Shown here: in pieces, positions 9,322-18,684 of the stretch
Numbering within the stretch: position 1 is the stretch's first letter
Layout: each line of letters starts with the position of its first letter
IMG/VR virus record: IMGVR_UViG_3300008448_000600
Coordinates: 1-24,779 of that record
Origin: a virus
Lineage: Duplodnaviria; Caudoviricetes
Reading direction: 5' to 3' (one strand)
DNA length: 24,779 nt
The notes under the pieces: generated by a model
Database searches by the model: none
What the model saw: the letters and a program-made list of their open reading frames with translations, nothing else
What the model was told of the DNA's origin: nothing
Translations under genes and position numbers: made by a program

Positions 9322-12300
9322 TGACACAAACCACAATAACCCAAACAACCCCTATAAATCAACAAAATCAAATATTAGATATATCTGATAGTATTTTAGT
9401 TACTAGTATATCAACTGATAGTAGTTTTAATGTTGAAACAGATTCTATAGAGGGATGGGTATATGATTTAAACAATACTTTAATTCAATCTGTTAATGTT
9501 AGTTATACTGTTCAAAATACTAATGTTGATAATAATGAAATAAAAGAATTATTTATTGATCCCGTTAGAGATTTAGAGGTTAATATTCTTAATACAGGGA
9601 TTTACAACATTAATTATAATTTTTTAAGAAATAAACTTGATTCCTCTGTATTTTCTCAATATTATATTAGTGAAATATCTAATGATAGAACCGAATTAAG
9701 ATTAGATACTACTAACTTAACAAATGATGAAATAAAAATATCATTTGATAATTTTAGTATTGATTTTAATAATTCTCCTGTATTTAATGGTTTTTATTTA
9801 AATTTTAATAGTAATAATCTATTATTAGCAACTAATATAGCTCTAGATACAACTGACGGAAAAAATACTATTTTAATAAAATTATATGAACCTCTTCCTC
9901 CAACTTATGATATTAAAACACAGTTATGGGTTGTTGAAAAAGTTTCTGATCCTTTAGCATATCAAGTAGAATTTATAAATGATCAAGTAGAATTTGACGA
10001 TAGAATATTTTTAAAAGGACCTAATTTTAACATTTCTGTAAAAGATCAAGTAAATAATTCTACCGAATTTAAAACACTTACTACACTCTCTTCCAACTCA
10101 ACAGGACTACAGAATCAATTAAATAGTCTACTAGCTGAAAGAAGAGTAGAATTAAATACTGATTATACCGATTTTAATAACTTTATATTCTTTAGTTCTG
10201 CCGAACAAAGATTATCTAATTTTTATTATAAAGCATCATTAATTGAATCATATAATAATGATATTACCGTATTAGATACATTACCTAATACTATACAGGT
10301 ATCATCGAGCAAAGCTATAATTCAATCTAAAATAAACGATATTATAACCAAATTTGACGGTTATGATTATTTTCTATACTACGATTCAGGTTCAAAATCA
10401 TGGCCTAAATCAACACCAACCAAACCATATACATTATATTCAACCGGTTCTGCTCAAGTCATAACTTGGTATAATGAACAATCATTATCTTCATCAAGAT
10501 ATGATAATGAAAATCAAAATTATCTATATAATGTCTTACCTCAGTACATTCAAGAGGATCCAGACAATGACCAATTCCAACTTTTTGTTGATATGGTTGC
10601 TCAATTATTTGATGAAATTTGGTTATATACTCAAGCAATTAAAAATAGACAAGATGGAGATAATAGTTTAAGTGGTGGTATTTCTAAAGATTTAGTCGCA
10701 GATGCTTTACGTTCTTATGGTATAAACATTTACCAAAGTAGTTTTTCTACTAGTGATTTATTTACATCATATTTAGGAATCACATCTAATGGTTCATTGT
10801 TACCTCCTACAGGAAGTGAAGTAATTACAAATTACGTAACATCATCTGCGGAAATGATTCCGTTTGATGATGCTCAAAAATTAATTTATAAAAGATTATA
10901 TCATAATTTACCTTACTTACTTAAGAAAAAAGGTACAATTGATGGTTTAAGAACATTATTAACATGTTTTGGAGTTCCTAGTACTATAATTCAAACAGTT
11001 GAATTTGGAGGAAAAAATACAACCAACACCAATGATTGGGATTATTTTGAAGATAGGTTCGACTATGCTTATTCTTCAACAGGATCTCAATTCATATCAT
11101 CATCATTTGCTTTAAATTCCTCTTGGAATTCACCTGATGATGTTCCTTCTGCTGTTGCTTTTAGATTTAAAGCCGAATCTGTTCCCCCAACAAACTACTC
11201 CCAAAGTTTATGGTCAACTGATAAAGGATTAGGAATATATCTAGAATATAACGGATCAAATTTAATAACAGGATCATACTCAGGATCATCAACAAACCCA
11301 TATAACCAATACGGTACATTAAAATTCATCTCAGGAACTGATTCTGCAAGTATTTATTTACCTTTCTTTAATGAAGGATGGTGGTCTATATTAATTAATA
11401 GTAGTAGTATAGGATATACTCTATATGCTAAAAATAATATATATGATGGTTATGAGGGAAATAAAATTGGTTTCCAATCATCCTCCTCATTAGCCATTCC
11501 TACTTTATGGAGTGCTAGTGTAATAAGTTACTTTGCATCATCCTCAGGAACATATATTGGATTTTCAGGATCATTACAAGAATTAAGATATTATACTCAA
11601 CCATTACCTGAGTCCTCGTTTAATGATTTTGTAATGAATCATTACTCGATTGAAAGTAGTAATACTTTATCTTTTAGAGCAGCCTTAGGTAGTCAATTAT
11701 ATACTAGTTCTGTATCTATTCATCCTAAGGTTGATGGTAGTTGGGTAACAACATCATCATTTACCTCTGATAGTAATTTTTACTTTAGTTCAACCCCAAC
11801 ATTTTCACCAAATGTAGAGACTTTATATTATGATGAACCTGGGGTTGGATTATTAAATAGAGTATCAAATAAAATAAAACTACAAAATAATAACATTCCA
11901 TCAGGAGATGTATTATCACCTTTATCTTCTTTATCTCAAGTAACTCCTTCAATAGGTAGTATTTCAAATAATAATAATTTATTAGAGGTTGGTTTTTCTC
12001 CTCAAAATGAAATTGATAAAGATATAATTGAACAACTAGGTTATTTTAATATTGGTGAATACATTGGTGATCCAAGACAAGTTTCAAATAAATCATATAG
12101 TGATTTATCGTTATTAAGAAATGAATATTTCCAAAAATACGACTCACCATATAATTACTCTGATTATGTTCGTTTAATTAAATATTTTGATAATGCTTTG
12201 TTTAAAATGATTAAGGACTTTGTTCCTGCTCGTACAAGTATTTCAACAGGTATTATAATTAAACCAACTATATTAGAAAGACCAAAATACCCAGAACCAC

Positions 12301-13796
12301 AAGTAAGTTGGACTCGTCCCGAATATACAGCCTCTATAGAACACCATTCTGGAAGCGATACTATATATTTGTTTAGTGGGGATAATGGTGGATTATATTC
12401 TAACCAATCAAGTAGTTTTACAGAATTATTTAGTGGACCTGAAGGGATATTTAATATTACCCACAATGATAATGCTGAATTTTATAATGGTGAATTAGAA
12501 GGTACAGTATTAACTGTTACAACACAATCATTATTAAATAATCCTTTATTAGATGATTTATATAGAGAATCAATTGCTGATTTGCAAAACCTAACTGCAA
12601 CAATAACAACAACTTTTTCTGCAACATGCGTAGAACTAGTTGGAGGTAGCTACAAGACCTCAACATCGTCTGCACCGTTTCCTTTTAACCAATCTAACTT
12701 AATATCACCCTATTACAATATCAGTACATACCAATATACTCCTACATTCCCCGTCCAGGTAAATATACAAATATCAATATCCTCCTCTTTCTCACAAGTA
12801 AACGATGCTGATGCAGAAGCTTTTGGTATAGACCTATACCTAGTAGAAACATCCCAAGGAGTGCGAAATATAGTAGGATTACAATCATTTAACACAGGTT
12901 CAGACGCTGGTCCATTACCAGCAACTAATCCATTTAACTTTAGTAAAACATTTTCTAACATATCTATTAAACCAGGAAGCGCCTATACTATAGAGTACAT
13001 AGGAAGTTGTAATGCATCTGCAGATGATGTAGGGTCTTTTGAATTTTCAACATCAGGAACATCCTGGGTGATTACAGTTAATAACTTATATACCCAATCA
13101 ACTTATTACTTAGACCCAACAATTTATACTCAACAAAACTTCCCCGGTGATATAGGATTATTTGATGATTATTATGCTATATACGGTAATGTATATTCTA
13201 ATAGAGTATCAAATAAATATTTTGATGTAGATTATTCATCCAATCCTAATATTCCTGTTAACTTTGACTCTATAATGAGTGGTTCGGCAATATATGCTCA
13301 AGTACAACCATCAAATTATACTTTAAGAAGACACATTAATTCAAGATATGAAGGAAGTAAATTATATGGTGCTAACATAAATCAATTTACTGTAAACGAT
13401 ACTAGTTATGCAAATAAACCAGTAATTGAAAGATATGCTGATTATGTTGCTCAATATGATTATGTAGACCAAGGAACTTCTACTTCTGTAATTCATATTT
13501 TAAGTTTAGTAGATATAGATGGAAATAAAATAGCACTAAATGGAAATACTAATTATAATTTGGGTATGATTAAAACACTATTTCCTCAATCATCCTCTAT
13601 TTCTTTGGTTGACCTAACATCAAACTCAGCAGGATTAAATACCTCTGGAAGTGCTCGTATAAGTGCTTCTTTAGATGAAAACAATATGGAAATCTATGGA
13701 TCTATTACAAAAACAGATACAGGATTTGTTGTTCCCTCAAATTTCAATCCTTATGTTGATGTATATGAGGTGGCTAGAAAAGCAGGATTAATATAA
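9321..13796 (+). CDS. Large baseplate protein (gp7/P2-gpI-like core with LamG-like lectin domain)
   Basis: 'LPQYI...FQLFV', 'LYHNLPYLLKKKGTIDGLRTLLTCFG' and 'MIKDFVPAR' resemble gp7/gpI wedge motifs; LamG-like segment at about 11150-11620 (AVAFRFK...GWWSILI...FSGSLQELRYY). Confidence 0.65.
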   Translation: MTQTTITQTTPINQQNQILDISDSILVTSISTDSSFNVETDSIEGWVYDLNNTLIQSVNVSYTVQNTNVDNNEIKELFIDPVRDLEVNILNTGIYNINYNFLRNKLDSSVFSQYYISEISNDRTELRLDTTNLTNDEIKISFDNFSIDFNNSPVFNGFYLNFNSNNLLLATNIALDTTDGKNTILIKLYEPLPPTYDIKTQLWVVEKVSDPLAYQVEFINDQVEFDDRIFLKGPNFNISVKDQVNNSTEFKTLTTLSSNSTGLQNQLNSLLAERRVELNTDYTDFNNFIFFSSAEQRLSNFYYKASLIESYNNDITVLDTLPNTIQVSSSKAIIQSKINDIITKFDGYDYFLYYDSGSKSWPKSTPTKPYTLYSTGSAQVITWYNEQSLSSSRYDNENQNYLYNVLPQYIQEDPDNDQFQLFVDMVAQLFDEIWLYTQAIKNRQDGDNSLSGGISKDLVADALRSYGINIYQSSFSTSDLFTSYLGITSNGSLLPPTGSEVITNYVTSSAEMIPFDDAQKLIYKRLYHNLPYLLKKKGTIDGLRTLLTCFGVPSTIIQTVEFGGKNTTNTNDWDYFEDRFDYAYSSTGSQFISSSFALNSSWNSPDDVPSAVAFRFKAESVPPTNYSQSLWSTDKGLGIYLEYNGSNLITGSYSGSSTNPYNQYGTLKFISGTDSASIYLPFFNEGWWSILINSSSIGYTLYAKNNIYDGYEGNKIGFQSSSSLAIPTLWSASVISYFASSSGTYIGFSGSLQELRYYTQPLPESSFNDFVMNHYSIESSNTLSFRAALGSQLYTSSVSIHPKVDGSWVTTSSFTSDSNFYFSSTPTFSPNVETLYYDEPGVGLLNRVSNKIKLQNNNIPSGDVLSPLSSLSQVTPSIGSISNNNNLLEVGFSPQNEIDKDIIEQLGYFNIGEYIGDPRQVSNKSYSDLSLLRNEYFQKYDSPYNYSDYVRLIKYFDNALFKMIKDFVPARTSISTGIIIKPTILERPKYPEPQVSWTRPEYTASIEHHSGSDTIYLFSGDNGGLYSNQSSSFTELFSGPEGIFNITHNDNAEFYNGELEGTVLTVTTQSLLNNPLLDDLYRESIADLQNLTATITTTFSATCVELVGGSYKTSTSSAPFPFNQSNLISPYYNISTYQYTPTFPVQVNIQISISSSFSQVNDADAEAFGIDLYLVETSQGVRNIVGLQSFNTGSDAGPLPATNPFNFSKTFSNISIKPGSAYTIEYIGSCNASADDVGSFEFSTSGTSWVITVNNLYTQSTYYLDPTIYTQQNFPGDIGLFDDYYAIYGNVYSNRVSNKYFDVDYSSNPNIPVNFDSIMSGSAIYAQVQPSNYTLRRHINSRYEGSKLYGANINQFTVNDTSYANKPVIERYADYVAQYDYVDQGTSTSVIHILSLVDIDGNKIALNGNTNYNLGMIKTLFPQSSSISLVDLTSNSAGLNTSGSARISASLDENNMEIYGSITKTDTGFVVPSNFNPYVDVYEVARKAGLI

Positions 13797-13813
13797 AAAA
13801 TCATAGAATAGAT

Positions 13814-13822
13814 ATATTTATA
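13814..13822 (+). promoter_or_regulatory. ATATTTATA motif, putative late promoter
   Basis: Intergenic, 7 nt before ATG 13830. Confidence 0.65.
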
Positions 13823-13829
13823 ATAAATT

Positions 13830-14483
13830 ATGGCATACTTAAATAATACAGCTGTAACTGTTGATGCAATACTAACTACAAAAGGTAGAGAATTATTGGC
13901 ACGCGGTGATGGCTCATTTGCAATTACTCAATTTGCTCTATCAGATGATGAGATTGATTATACAATGTATAACCCCACTCATCCCTCAGGATCAGCATTT
14001 TATGGTCAAGCGATTGACAACATGCCTTTACTAGAGGCTTTTCCTAATGAGAATCAAATAATGAAGTATAAATTAGCTACTCTACCTCGTGGTACAGCTA
14101 AATTGCCTGTGTTGGATTTAGGTATTTCGTCTATTATTTTAAAACAAGGAGCATCTTTAACTTTAACACCCCAAACATTAAACTACTTAGGTAATACTAA
14201 TGTATTTGAAACTAGTGGTTATACCGCTACTATTTCTGATGTTAGAACATTATCTACATTTACGGGAGTTGGAATAAATACTCCTGCGGTAACTGCTCTA
14301 AATGCTACTGTAACCGTAGGTACTAATGTTTCTAAAACAATAATTGGTACTTCATTCCAATTAAGAGGAACTACAGTTAACACATTGTTCACTTCAGTAA
14401 CTTCAATCCAAGCTACCTTAACTGTAATAGGAAATGATAGCGGAGCTCGTTTAGTAATTCCTGTAACAATAACTAAAGCATAA
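13830..14483 (+). CDS. Baseplate/tail structural protein (tail-collar-like N-terminus)
   Basis: 'DAILTTKGRELLARG...ITQFALSD' resembles the N-terminus of tail-fibre/collar attachment domains; Thr-rich Ig-like C-terminus. Confidence 0.6.
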   Translation: MAYLNNTAVTVDAILTTKGRELLARGDGSFAITQFALSDDEIDYTMYNPTHPSGSAFYGQAIDNMPLLEAFPNENQIMKYKLATLPRGTAKLPVLDLGISSIILKQGASLTLTPQTLNYLGNTNVFETSGYTATISDVRTLSTFTGVGINTPAVTALNATVTVGTNVSKTIIGTSFQLRGTTVNTLFTSVTSIQATLTVIGNDSGARLVIPVTITKA

Positions 14484-14489
14484 TAGAAA

Positions 14490-15506
14490 ATGTCATTTAA
14501 ACGTTTAGACACAGAAGATTTTGTTATAAGTGCTGATGCAATTAGTTCAACTTTATGGTCAACTAATTCACCAATATTAACTCAATTTTTTACCTCATCC
14601 ACCCAAGGTGCAACATCTTTAAATTATTATTTAGATGTTTATCAAACAGCATCTACATTAAATGGATCTGAGGTACAATTTTCTATTGCTTATGGTAATA
14701 AATTTGGTAGTGGAAGTGTTTTATATAACCCTACAATAACAGGTTCATCATATTCTAGAACAATTTATGGTCAATACCGTACTTTAGTTTTAGGAGATGA
14801 AAATTCTGATTTTGTATTTGGTGGTTATACTGCTTCTGAATTCCATGCAATATCATTTGATAGATCAAGATATAAAGAATCATTATTACCTGGTTCATTA
14901 ACTTTAGTTTTAAGTAGTAGTGCTGGTAAACTTACTTTAACAGATAACAGTAAAGTAACTAACACAATTACTTATCTTGATTCCGGTCGAGTATACCAAT
15001 TAGTAAGTGGTTCTGCTGGGATTGTAAATACTACATTCTCTAATGGATATACACAAAACTCAGGATCATATGGTTACTTACTACCTGATATTGGAATAAT
15101 TTTATTAAATAGTAGAGCAATTGCCTCTCCTGTTGCTGGTGGTGGTTTATCAACAAACATTACAGCCTCTGCAGTTAATACATCTCAATCATTAAATGAA
15201 AAAATGTATGAATTGATTAAAACAGGAGCTTCATTCACAATTAATTCACAAGAAACTATTACTTCTGATTATGTTTTTATTCGTGTAAGAAACAGTGAAT
15301 TTAACTATACAGAAAATCCTAGCTTCATCTCAGGATCAACAGGTGACATAATCTATACAGACTTCATCAACAACCCAGTAACCTATATTACTACTGTTGG
15401 GATGTATAACGATAATAATGAATTATTGGCTGTTGCTAAATTAAGTAAACCACTCCAGAAAGACTTCACTAAAGAAGCTTTAGTTAGAGTTAAGTTAGAT
15501 TTCTAA
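14490..15506 (+). CDS. Baseplate/tail structural protein (paralogue of 15512-16486)
   Basis: C-terminal 'EFNYTENPS...YITTVGMYNDNNELLAVAKLSKPL...VKLDF'; Ser/Thr/Gly-rich. Confidence 0.65.
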   Translation: MSFKRLDTEDFVISADAISSTLWSTNSPILTQFFTSSTQGATSLNYYLDVYQTASTLNGSEVQFSIAYGNKFGSGSVLYNPTITGSSYSRTIYGQYRTLVLGDENSDFVFGGYTASEFHAISFDRSRYKESLLPGSLTLVLSSSAGKLTLTDNSKVTNTITYLDSGRVYQLVSGSAGIVNTTFSNGYTQNSGSYGYLLPDIGIILLNSRAIASPVAGGGLSTNITASAVNTSQSLNEKMYELIKTGASFTINSQETITSDYVFIRVRNSEFNYTENPSFISGSTGDIIYTDFINNPVTYITTVGMYNDNNELLAVAKLSKPLQKDFTKEALVRVKLDF

Positions 15507-15511
15507 AATGA

Positions 15512-16486
15512 ATGGGTGCTTACAAATCACTAACCGTCCAGGACATAATAATTAGTCCATTTGAGGTAAACAAAGGATTTACCTTTCAGGGAGCATCATC
15601 TTTAACTGGATCTAGTGTTTTAATTGATAGATATCTAGGAAAAAACTTAACTAGCAGTTTTAATCCATCAACTGATCCTACTACAGGATATGTAGTAACA
15701 GGTAGTTATCAAAGATTAATATACGATTCGGTAAAACATCTTTATTATTCTAACTATATATCCTCATCCACCGGAGATTTAGCCGCTGTTACTAGTACTA
15801 TATTTGGTTTTGATTCCGAGGGAAATAGAACTGTAGGACCTAGAGACACAACAAACAATTACAACTATTTACAAAATACATTAACCCAATCTAGATATTT
15901 TCCTACTGCCTCTGATGAAATAATAGGGGTTATTTCTATTCCTCAAAACATATTTGGTGACCAAATCAAACCAGGATCATTTAAAATATCAGCAGATTCA
16001 GGTAGTTTTACAGATGATGGACAAGGCAATTTAGTCTACTCAGCAGATAATACTATTAGAGGTAATATAATATATCAACATGGCTTAGCTATTATAACTA
16101 ATGATGGTGGTGCTGGTGATACTTACGGTACAGCAATATATGGAACTAGTATATATGGATCAGAGGTTAACCCATTTATAGAAAATTTTATTAATTCATC
16201 TAATATAACGTGCTCATTTTCTTCCTCATATACTATATATGAAACACTATTTAAATGTACTTTAAGAGAAAATGAATTCAACTTCTCCCAGAATCCAACT
16301 ATAATAGAGGATCAAATTACAGGTAAAGCTTATGATTTTATAACTGGTTCTTTCTTTGCACCTTATATTACTACTGTTGGTTTATACAATGAAAATAGAG
16401 AATTATTGGCCGTAGGAAAACTATCTCAACCATTACCTTCATCAAGAACAACAGATATGACTATTTATGTCAAAATAGACAAATAA
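15512..16486 (+). CDS. Baseplate/tail structural protein (paralogue of 14490-15506)
   Basis: C-terminal 'EFNFSQNPT...YITTVGLYNENRELLAVGKLSQPL...VKIDK'; shared PGS...TD..G..I core. Confidence 0.65.
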   Translation: MGAYKSLTVQDIIISPFEVNKGFTFQGASSLTGSSVLIDRYLGKNLTSSFNPSTDPTTGYVVTGSYQRLIYDSVKHLYYSNYISSSTGDLAAVTSTIFGFDSEGNRTVGPRDTTNNYNYLQNTLTQSRYFPTASDEIIGVISIPQNIFGDQIKPGSFKISADSGSFTDDGQGNLVYSADNTIRGNIIYQHGLAIITNDGGAGDTYGTAIYGTSIYGSEVNPFIENFINSSNITCSFSSSYTIYETLFKCTLRENEFNFSQNPTIIEDQITGKAYDFITGSFFAPYITTVGLYNENRELLAVGKLSQPLPSSRTTDMTIYVKIDK

Positions 16487-16489
16487 ATT

Positions 16490-16960
16490 ATGTCAAGATG
16501 GTTTTATGAAGAAGTTATAGGAGATGGAGTTTCTTATAAATTTATTAACTCAATTGAGGATTTTCCTCCCAATACATTTGGTTTCATTTATAGAGTTACC
16601 AACAATCAAACAGGTCAATTCTATATTGGTAAAAAATTCTTATATCACAATAAAAAGAAAAAATTAACCAAAAAAGAAATAGCAGAACAAACAGGCCCAG
16701 GTCGTAAACCAACCACCAAAGTTGTTCAATGTGAAAGTGATTGGTCTACGTATTGGGGCTCTAGTAAAGAATTGCGCGAAGACATTAAGAATATAGGGGT
16801 AGATAGATTTACTCGTCAAATATTATACTTCGCCCGTGATAAAAAAGAACTCACTTACTATGAGCTGAAATATCAAATAATGGAGGATGTACTTATATCC
16901 CCTTTATCATACAATGATAATATTTTAGGCAAGTTTTATAAAAGAGACTTTGCTAATTAA
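16490..16960 (+). CDS. GIY-YIG superfamily nuclease-like protein
   Basis: 'GFIYRVTN...FYIGKK', 'YWGSS', 'YYELKYQ', 'YNDNI' correspond to the GIY, YIG, catalytic E and N positions. Confidence 0.8.
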   Translation: MSRWFYEEVIGDGVSYKFINSIEDFPPNTFGFIYRVTNNQTGQFYIGKKFLYHNKKKKLTKKEIAEQTGPGRKPTTKVVQCESDWSTYWGSSKELREDIKNIGVDRFTRQILYFARDKKELTYYELKYQIMEDVLISPLSYNDNILGKFYKRDFAN

Positions 16961-16979
16961 AATAAATTTATTATATTCA
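16949..16979 (+). promoter_or_regulatory. Candidate host-sigma-type promoter (TTTG-N19-TATATTCA) for primase/nuclease
   Basis: TTTG at 16949-16952, 19-nt spacer, TATATTCA at 16972-16979, just before GTG 16985. Confidence 0.55.
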
Positions 16980-16984
16980 CTACT

Positions 16985-17908
16985 GTGGTGAATCAATTGT
17001 TAATTACTTTAACCAATTCTGTATTAGGAAAAGGTCATTCTACAGCCAGGAACAACCAGGCATATAAATGTCCATTTTGTAATCATCATAAACCCAAACT
17101 AGAAATCAATTTTTCCGAAAATACAAAAGGTGAGAATCCTTGGCATTGTTGGGTTTGTAATAAAAAAGGTAAGAAATTAGCTACATTATTTAAACAAGTA
17201 GGAGCACCATCTGAAAAATTATCGGAATTATCATCTTTAGTTAAATCAAATATTCCATTAGGGGATGCTGTTACTGAAACAAGAAAAATTAGTTTACCTA
17301 AAGAATTTAAACCATTACATTCAATATCACCAAATGATGTAACAGGCAAACATGCTTTAAAATATTTGAAGTCTAGAGGATTAACTAAAGAAGATATACT
17401 TAGATATAATATTGGATATTGTGAGAGTGGAAGATATGCAAGTATGGTTATTATTCCCTCATATGATGAAAATGGGGAATTAAATTATTTTGTTTCTCGA
17501 TCCTTTATATCATCCAATAAATTAAACCCTTCAGTCTCTAAAGACATTATTGGGTTTGAATTTTTTGTTAATTGGCATTCTCCTATTGTTTTATGTGAGG
17601 GAGCATTTGATGCTATTTCGATAAAACGAAATGCCGTACCATTATTTGGTAAAATTATTTCTAAAAAATTAATGAAAAAATTAGTTACATCTGCTGTAGA
17701 AAAAGTATACATTGCCTTAGATAAAGATGCAATTAAAGATGCTTTAGAACATTGTAAAACATTAATGGATTTTGGGAAAAAAGTTTATTTGGTTGAAATG
17801 CAAGATAAAGATCCAAATGAATTAGGATTTAAAAACTTTACAAATATTATACAACAAACACCAACATTAACATATGATATGCTAATGAAAAAGAAAATCA
17901 TGCTATGA
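16985..17908 (+). CDS. dnaG: DNA primase (DnaG-type, Zn finger plus Toprim)
   Basis: CPFC...H...WHCWVC zinc-binding domain, 'YLKSRG', 'IIPSYD', Toprim 'LCEGAFDA' and 'ALDKDA', 'KDPNE'. GTG start (16985 or 16988). Confidence 0.92.
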   Translation: MVNQLLITLTNSVLGKGHSTARNNQAYKCPFCNHHKPKLEINFSENTKGENPWHCWVCNKKGKKLATLFKQVGAPSEKLSELSSLVKSNIPLGDAVTETRKISLPKEFKPLHSISPNDVTGKHALKYLKSRGLTKEDILRYNIGYCESGRYASMVIIPSYDENGELNYFVSRSFISSNKLNPSVSKDIIGFEFFVNWHSPIVLCEGAFDAISIKRNAVPLFGKIISKKLMKKLVTSAVEKVYIALDKDAIKDALEHCKTLMDFGKKVYLVEMQDKDPNELGFKNFTNIIQQTPTLTYDMLMKKKIML

Positions 17909-18672
17909 GTAAAATCAAACATTCATTCAACAGAATTTTAGAAATTTCTGATGATCACAAACAAATTACTCTCCCAGACTCTAGATACTATAGAAGAAAC
18001 GGCCAGTACTACCCATCAGTAACTTATGTATTAGGTTACTACCCAAAAGGAAAACACTTTGAGGAATGGCTTAAAAACATGGGTCGCTCAGCAGATTATA
18101 TTGTTAGAAAAGCAGCCGAGGACGGAACAAAGGTTCATGAAATGGCCGAAAGTTATTTAAATGGAGAAGAGGTTAGTTTCTTAAACCAATATAGTACACC
18201 ACAGTATGATCCTGATATTTGGTTAATGTTTTTACGTTTTGTTGAATTTTGGGAAACTTATAATCCTAAATTAATTGAAACTGAGGTACATTTATTTTCT
18301 GATGAATTAAAGGTAGCAGGTACCTGTGACTTAGTTTGTGAAATTGATGGTAAAATTTGGTTATTAGATTTAAAAACATCTAACTATATTCAAACAACTT
18401 ATGAAATTCAGACTGCTGTTTATGGACAGTGTTATGAGGAATGTTATGGTAAAAAGATAGATAACTATGGTATACTATGGTTAAAATCCTCTAAACGTAA
18501 ATTAAATGTAGAAAAAATGAGTGGTAAGGGATGGGAAGTAGTATTACCAACTCGTACATTTGAGGAAAATATAGATATTTTTAAAACAGTTAGAAGATTA
18601 TTTGATTTAGAAAACCCAAATGATTCACCTATATTTACTGAATTTAAAACTTCGGTAAAACGTGTTTTGTGA
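17905..18672 (+). CDS. PD-(D/E)XK exonuclease (phage recombination/replication nuclease)
   Basis: 'YPSVTYVL', 'GTKVH', 'ETEV', 'AGTCDLV', 'LLDLKTS', 'QTAVY' motifs; ATGA overlap with primase. Confidence 0.88.
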   Translation: MSKIKHSFNRILEISDDHKQITLPDSRYYRRNGQYYPSVTYVLGYYPKGKHFEEWLKNMGRSADYIVRKAAEDGTKVHEMAESYLNGEEVSFLNQYSTPQYDPDIWLMFLRFVEFWETYNPKLIETEVHLFSDELKVAGTCDLVCEIDGKIWLLDLKTSNYIQTTYEIQTAVYGQCYEECYGKKIDNYGILWLKSSKRKLNVEKMSGKGWEVVLPTRTFEENIDIFKTVRRLFDLENPNDSPIFTEFKTSVKRVL

Positions 18673-18680
18673 TATTTATA
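18672..18680 (+). promoter_or_regulatory. ATATTTATA motif, putative late promoter
   Basis: Overlaps the TGA of the nuclease gene; 4 nt before ATG 18685. Confidence 0.6.
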
Positions 18681-18684
18681 ATTA

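Noticed and set aside
15384-16410. Diversity-generating retroelement template/variable repeat pair
   Set aside because: Both copies are coding paralogue ends, differences are not confined to adenines, and no reverse transcriptase is present in the window.
16490-16960. Group I intron-encoded homing endonuclease
   Set aside because: Flanking genes are intact and there is no non-coding space for intron structure.
17905-18672. Cas4/CRISPR association of the PD-(D/E)XK nuclease
   Set aside because: No Cas4 Fe-S cysteine pattern, no other cas genes and no repeat-spacer array seen; coupling to primase fits a replication/recombination nuclease.
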